DNA of 64,000 nt, taken from the IMG/VR virus record IMGVR_UViG_3300028805_000083, positions 37,572-101,571 of that record; one strand, 5' to 3'. The stretch is from a virus (taxonomy: Duplodnaviria > Heunggongvirae > Uroviricota > Caudoviricetes). The notes under the pieces were generated by a model that searched no databases, had not been told where the DNA came from, and worked only from the letters and a program-made list of their open reading frames with translations. Both the position numbers and the translations under genes were made by a program. Position 1 is the first letter of the stretch. Every line of letters begins with the position of its first letter. Positions 59,807 through 64,000 of this stretch are shown piece by piece.

Positions 59807-59906
59807 TAGTCAATAATTTCACCAATTCCCAAAAGTTCTTCTTTTGTGAGTTCGATGATGTCGTATTTATCGTTTAAAGTATCATGAGCAATAGACATAA
59901 TTACGT

Positions 59907-60170
59907 TTATTGAAGGTATCCGTGTTCAATTAAATATATCTCACCCTTTTTAGTACAGCGATAAACAGTCCTAACGACTTCACCAACTCTACATTTTCTC
60001 AAGGGTTTCTTAAATTTCTCTATTATGTAATCATCTTTAATCAATCTCTCAATTGAATAAGAAATACCATAATCAGAGATAGTTTTTAAACAAGGTAATG
60101 CACTTATCTCACCATACGACATTGGAGCAGCATGAATACTAGCTAATATTTTTTCAGTAACTTCTAACAT
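59907..60170 (-). CDS. hypothetical protein
   Basis: ORF of 87 aa. Confidence 0.35.
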   Translation of the reverse strand: MLEVTEKILASIHAAPMSYGEISALPCLKTISDYGISYSIERLIKDDYIIEKFKKPLRKCRVGEVVRTVYRCTKKGEIYLIEHGYLQ

Positions 60171-60174
60171 ACTA

Positions 60175-60528
60175 TTAATACCAAGTAATTATTACTTTGT
60201 AACCACCACTATTGCAAAGCCAATCAAGTATACACCCACAAGTGATATGTAAAGTTATACAAAAACCAAGCACATTGAACTCTTCTTTAATCATAGATTC
60301 AATAATTTTAGCTTGTTTTTCTCCATAAACTCTAAGATGCCATGGTATTACAATCTCAACTTTTCGCTCATTATAATTTTTGGATAATACTTTTTTTATC
60401 TCATCCTCATACGTTTTTCGCAAAAAGTCAATAATTAAATTGCCTTTGTTGTGTAATTTTTTTTCTTCTTCGATTCGATTTAATTCAGCCCAATATATAG
60501 CTGAGTTCTTATCAAATTTTTTTTCCAT
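60175..60528 (-). CDS. hypothetical protein
   Basis: ORF of 117 aa. Confidence 0.4.
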   Translation of the reverse strand: MEKKFDKNSAIYWAELNRIEEEKKLHNKGNLIIDFLRKTYEDEIKKVLSKNYNERKVEIVIPWHLRVYGEKQAKIIESMIKEEFNVLGFCITLHITCGCILDWLCNSGGYKVIITWY

Positions 60529-60546
60529 ATGAAACCTATCTTGTGA

Positions 60547-61077
60547 TTATTGGTAGTTACTATCTTGTATAATTCCATATTTATGAAAATATCGCAATGG
60601 TCTCCACTTGTGTCCATTAACATAAAAACCCCACTTATGCTTTGGTCTGCCCTCAAACATTAAAGTCCATGCGCCCCCTTTAGGTATTTTGAGATAGTGT
60701 CTGTCTTCTGCTTTAGAAAACCAGATAGACTTATTCATATGTAAAAAGTTATGCCATGAATTGAAAATTCCTTCTACATAGCAACATTTTTCGTTTGGCT
60801 TAACTCCCAAAGAACTCTTTCCCCAATCTGGATTTTCATTCTCATTTTCTGGTTTAACGTTCCAATATTCACCCTTTAAGACAATACTTAATAAATCAGC
60901 ACTATGGTCGTGAAAAAATCTATTGTCATCAGATTTAATCCAATGATGTATTCTTATAGAGAAACCAAATATAATGAATGTCCACCTTATAAGATATGGG
61001 TCATTCTCATATCCCAACTTCTCTTTCCATCTTATCTGGAAATTTTTAAACCTAGATGTATTAGTACTACCTTTCAT
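60547..61077 (-). CDS. hypothetical protein
   Basis: ORF of 176 aa. Confidence 0.4.
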   Translation of the reverse strand: MKGSTNTSRFKNFQIRWKEKLGYENDPYLIRWTFIIFGFSIRIHHWIKSDDNRFFHDHSADLLSIVLKGEYWNVKPENENENPDWGKSSLGVKPNEKCCYVEGIFNSWHNFLHMNKSIWFSKAEDRHYLKIPKGGAWTLMFEGRPKHKWGFYVNGHKWRPLRYFHKYGIIQDSNYQ

Positions 61078-61082
61078 AACAA

Positions 61083-61296
61083 TTTATTATTGTCAGTGGG
61101 GAAGGATTCGAACCCCCAATACCTTACTGCTTCTCTCGTAACTACTTCCTAATGCATTCTAGACTACACTTCGGTTTCATTTTAGTACATAACAGTTCAG
61201 TGACTTTCTTAAGCCCTTAGTCATGTTCAGAAACGCTACCCATCGTCATGGGCACTCCCTCGACTACGCTCTGCTCCAAATTGAGCTATCCCACCG
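61083..61296 (-). tRNA. tRNA gene split by an intervening sequence of about 130 nt
   Basis: 5' exon CGGTGGG-AT-AGCTCAATTTGGAGCAGAGC-G-TAGTC... and 3' exon ...GGGGG-TTCGAAT-CCTTC-CCCACTG have complementary acceptors across 214 nt. The internal hairpin CCCAT-GACG-ATGGG and a GACTA segment complementary to TAGTC are present. Confidence 0.5.
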
Positions 61297-61344
61297 TTTT
61301 TGAATTACGCTGCAAATATACGAAAAAAAATTGAAACAACCAAA

Positions 61345-61545
61345 TCAATTAACATTATTTAGGAAAATATTGGAAACAGAGTCATAAATCCTATAATCCA
61401 ATCTCCTACGATGCCTACCTCTCTTTTGTCTTAATATTTCATCTTTAGCTTCATCCAATGTGTAAGCACCTTTTCGCTGCCCTATCTCTACATCTTCACG
61501 TCCTTTTACGTAGCAGCATACGTAATATATTCTATTCTCATTCAT
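61345..61545 (-). CDS. hypothetical protein
   Basis: ORF of 66 aa. Confidence 0.3.
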   Translation of the reverse strand: MNENRIYYVCCYVKGREDVEIGQRKGAYTLDEAKDEILRQKRGRHRRRLDYRIYDSVSNIFLNNVN

Positions 61546-61550
61546 GTTAG

Positions 61551-61618
61551 AGCCTCGTGGGTGAATCGAACACCCCTCTCAAGATTACAAATCATGCATA
61601 ATAACCGATATACTAACG
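61551..61618 (-). tRNA. tRNA-Thr(UGU)-like
   Basis: Perfect acceptor GCCTCGT/ACGAGGC. Anticodon arm CATGA-TTTGTAA-TCTTG has one mismatch. T arm GGGTG-TTCGATT-CACCC. Confidence 0.55.
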
Positions 61619-61658
61619 AGGCATTACCTTATTTTTGTACACCGTGTAGGACTCGAAC

Positions 61659-62534
61659 CTACGTTGCGTCTCCGCACAGTATTCCGTAACCCTTACACCA
61701 TTTTCTTATTGCAGTATCAGACACCCCAAAAATACGTCCGACTTTAGAAAAATTATTTTTTTCAAGTAAAGATATTAATTCTTCTTTGGATGGTCTGCTA
61801 ACTTTCCTTCTTGTTTCATGATAACATTTAGAGCACAGTTTAATTTTTGGGCTTGATGTACTGCACCCACATTTCTCACAAGTTCCTTTTTTGTGTTTTC
61901 TTTTTATTAAAGATTCTATTTTTCTTATTGTGTCTTTTTTATTCCTTTTTACAAACCCAAACTCTACTATTCCTTCAGATAATTTATCATAACATTCGTC
62001 ACATAATAAACTTGGGGTTTTATCTATTTCTTTACCACACATCCTACAATAATAATGTTTTTGAAAATTTTTATTTTCGATGTTGTGAGTTCCGCAGAAG
62101 TTATCAGTTTGTGAATGACAATTGGGGCATAATATTTGTAAGTTCTCTAGCCTATTGTCTGTATTATCACCATTGATGTGGTGCAACTGTAGACTAATTT
62201 GCTCTCCATTCCATCGAGTACATCCACATTTTTCACATTTGTGCTGCTTCAACCCAGATGAAAATAATTTCCATTTAAGATATGATGGCTTAATGAATGA
62301 GTCCTTTGTGAGATACTCATTTATATCTTTTTCATTGTTACCAAGTCTATTGCCAATGTTGGTTTTTTTACCAGTAAAATGCGAAATATCCAAACCAAGT
62401 TCTTTAATATATCTTTTTACATAACGATAATTTCCACCAGTTGGTTTCCAACCAATCTTTCGGCATACATCAGCATATGTGGTGCTTTCTTCTACATATT
62501 TTTTAAATTTTTCTAAATCCATAACACAAATCAT
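61659..62534 (-). mobile_element. HNH homing endonuclease
   Basis: LQLHHINGDNTDNRLENLQILCPNCHS is the HNH motif. Extra CxxC Zn-ribbons are present. It is embedded between tRNA genes. Confidence 0.8.
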
Positions 62535-62594
62535 TTACTATATAATAAATAGCATTTGACTCGCAAAAGTAAACATTTAGGTTTGATTTTTTTG

Positions 62595-62666
62595 TTCCCC
62601 CAGAGAATTTTGCAATCTCGACCACATGTTTAAGAGACACGTGCTCTACTTCTGAGCTATGAGGGA
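62595..62666 (-). tRNA. tRNA-Lys(CUU) variant with a non-canonical T loop
   Basis: Acceptor TCCCTCA/TGGGGGA, D arm GCTC-AGAAGTA-GAGC, anticodon arm CGTGT-CTCTTAA-ACATG. The T loop reads TGCAAAA rather than TTCGAAT. Confidence 0.5.
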
Positions 62667-62675
62667 ATATTCTTG

Positions 62676-62766
62676 TGCTTCCACAGGGAGTCGAACCCTG
62701 CTTTTCGGTTTAAAAGACCGAAGTAATCCGTCTGTCTCCAGGCACTTACCGATATACGATGGAAGC
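62676..62766 (-). tRNA. tRNA-Lys(UUU) variant with about 19 extra nt in the D region
   Basis: Perfect 7/7 acceptor GCTTCCA/TGGAAGC across 91 nt. Anticodon arm TCGGT-CTTTTAA-ACCGA. T arm CAGGG-TTCGACT-CCCTG. Confidence 0.5.
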
Positions 62767-62772
62767 GTATCG

Positions 62773-62845
62773 TGCGCCCAGAGGGACTCGAACCCTCGAC
62801 CCCAGCATTAAAAGTGCCGTGCTCTACCAACTGAGCTATGAGCGC
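62773..62845 (-). tRNA. tRNA-Lys(UUU), canonical
   Basis: GCGCTCA-TA-GCTC-AGTTGGTA-GAGC-A-CGGCA-CTTTTAA-TGCTG-GGGTC-GAGGG-TTCGAGT-CCCTC-TGGGCGC. Confidence 0.75.
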
Positions 62846-62857
62846 ATTAAACCTAAG

Positions 62858-62929
62858 TACTCCTAAAGGGATTCGAACCCTTAACCCTCGGCTTAAGAGG
62901 CCGCAGCTCTACCGTTAAGCTATAGGAGC
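62858..62929 (-). tRNA. tRNA-Lys(CUU)
   Basis: GCTCCTA-TA-GCTT-AACGGTA-GAGC-T-GCGGC-CTCTTAA-GCCGA-GGGTT-AAGGG-TTCGAAT-CCCTT-TAGGAGT. Confidence 0.7.
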
Positions 62930-63101
62930 ATTTCTATATCTTATCCATAACGCTCCTAGCCCAACTGTGTTGGTTGCTAACAGAGCGTTACATCTGTTTA
63001 CGTTTTATGCACTTTATCTTTCTCATATGCTTATTCTTTTTTATTTTGTTTGTTACTTATTTCAATTATTTTTTGTTTAAATTCTATGCCCATCTTCTCC
63101 A

Positions 63102-63347
63102 TTAAGCAATCTTGATTAGGGTGTCGTTATCATTTGCCCTCCTAATCCACCTCATAAGAAGCAGACCCTTTTCTGTAGGCTTAAATGCAGCAGTCTCTCC
63201 GACATCTTTCTTGTCGCTCAAGTCAATCTCAATCTGATACTTGTTTCCATCGACACTAGTGATGTGGTATACTGCAATTCCTCCAGCCATGATGTACTGC
63301 AACTGAGCAATACCCTTTACCAATGGTTTAATATCTTGTACTATCAT
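63102..63347 (-). CDS. hypothetical protein
   Basis: ORF of 81 aa. Confidence 0.4.
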   Translation of the reverse strand: MIVQDIKPLVKGIAQLQYIMAGGIAVYHITSVDGNKYQIEIDLSDKKDVGETAAFKPTEKGLLLMRWIRRANDNDTLIKIA

Positions 63348-63727
63348 ACTATCTTATGGTTTTTTCTGTCTAATTTAAATTTATAATTGCTCAAGTCTCT
63401 AAGGAATTTTTCTTTTATCCCTAGTTCCTTTATGTCGAATTCTTTCTGCTTTCTTTTGAACACTCTATAATCTACATAAGCCATTCCAAAGCTAATTATA
63501 GCCATGATAATATCAAATGTATTATCAATGTCTGCCAAGCAAGCGAAACCATTGAATATCAATCCAATTGCCATCAGCATCCATCCCATTAGGACTTTCT
63601 TTTTGTCTGACTTAAAACTAAATGTAAACCCTATGTAGATGCCAATAATTCCAATTGTCCAAAGAATCCACCAAATCGTACTCATAACATTAAACTTATT
63701 AAATATGTTAGAATTCCACTCTCCCAA
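63344..63727 (-). CDS. membrane protein
   Basis: 127 aa with several transmembrane segments. Confidence 0.4.
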   Translation of the reverse strand: MGEWNSNIFNKFNVMSTIWWILWTIGIIGIYIGFTFSFKSDKKKVLMGWMLMAIGLIFNGFACLADIDNTFDIIMAIISFGMAYVDYRVFKRKQKEFDIKELGIKEKFLRDLSNYKFKLDRKNHKIV

Positions 63728-63877
63728 ATGATTGACATATATTTCTTATGCCAAGTTACACTCCGTCAAGTTTATCCAATTTATTTTCTACTCTCCTATA
63801 TACGCAGAAGAGAAGCCCAGTCAATAATACCTCTGTCATACTCTATCCTCCAACGTTTTAATGAAATTAGTCTAATG

Positions 63878-63963
63878 CGGAGGGGCAGGAATTCGAATCC
63901 TATACCCTAATGGGTACGTTCTGATTAGCAGTCAGACCCAGTTCCTTTCTGGTTGCGCCCTCC
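63878..63963 (-). tRNA. tRNA-Ser(GCU), type II
   Basis: Anticodon arm TCTGA-CTGCTAA-TCAGA. Variable-arm hairpin GTACCC-ATTA-GGGTAT. T arm TAGGA-TTCGAAT-TCCTG. D arm CCAG-AAAGGAA-CTGG. Confidence 0.55.
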
Positions 63964-63971
63964 TTTTAAAG

Positions 63972-64000
63972 TCGAGGTGGTAGGATTTGAACCTACGTGT
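63972..64000 (-). tRNA. 3' part of another tRNA, truncated by the window end
   Basis: T-arm signature GGTAGG-ATTTGAA-CCTAC read on the minus strand. Confidence 0.35.

Noticed and set aside
61636-61725. T-arm-like sequence GTAGG-TTCGAGT-CCTAC overlapping the 3' end of the HNH gene
   Set aside because: No complementary 5' acceptor strand or D arm could be found within 100 nt. It is probably a tRNA remnant or an HNH target-site fragment, not a gene.
1-64000. Integrase, excisionase or attachment site suggesting a prophage boundary, and rRNA genes
   Set aside because: None was found. Gene content and uniform strand and promoter architecture indicate an internal region of a lytic-type phage genome.

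Overview
This AT-rich window is densely packed and almost entirely transcribed from the minus strand. It looks like an accessory and early region of a large Bacteroidetes-infecting phage, probably crAss-like or a relative.

About 28 intergenic sites carry the Bacteroidetes sigma-A promoter signature. On the transcribed strand it reads TTTG at -33, a 19-nt T-rich spacer, then TAnnTTTG at -7. On the plus strand it appears as gcaaagata...ccaaat. Many of these sites are fused to the hairpin terminator of the upstream gene.

Coding content falls into five groups:
- **NAD+ salvage and ADP-ribose toolkit:** nicotinate phosphoribosyltransferase PncB, nicotinamidase PncA, NMN deamidase PncC (CinA-like), a Nudix hydrolase and a NADAR domain protein, dispersed across the window.
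- **RNA repair and tRNA maintenance:** an Rnl2-family RNA ligase plus a second KxDG ligase-like protein, a CCA-adding enzyme with an HD domain, a Pth2-like peptidyl-tRNA hydrolase, a HIT protein, an endonuclease V homolog and a metallophosphoesterase fragment.
- **Other enzymes:** DHFR, a RepA-like P-loop ATPase, a retropepsin-like protease and an SPFH protein.
- **Surface and unknown:** a BspA-type leucine-rich-repeat protein and many small hypothetical, membrane or lipoprotein genes.
- **Mobile elements:** six homing-endonuclease-like genes (LAGLIDADG, HNH, and four Zn-ribbon/PD-(D/E)XK paralogs), one of which is the only long plus-strand gene.

The most unusual part is a large tRNA gene array between roughly 38.9 and 64.0 kb, plus one tRNA at 15.4 kb, with more than 20 tRNA or tRNA-like loci. 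By eye it contains:
- a type-II tRNA with a CUA anticodon, which would be an amber suppressor;
- four consecutive tRNA-Lys genes, two UUU and two CUU, two of them structurally aberrant;
- several tRNA genes that appear split by short intervening sequences;
- a locus where a tRNA 3' half directly precedes a 5' half with complementary acceptor strands;
- tRNA-like genes with normal acceptor, D and T arms but non-canonical anticodon arms;
- two paralogous structured non-coding RNAs with compensatory covariation.

All folding and anticodon calls were made by eye and need confirmation with tRNAscan-SE, ARAGORN and Infernal. No CRISPR array, integrase or rRNA was seen.
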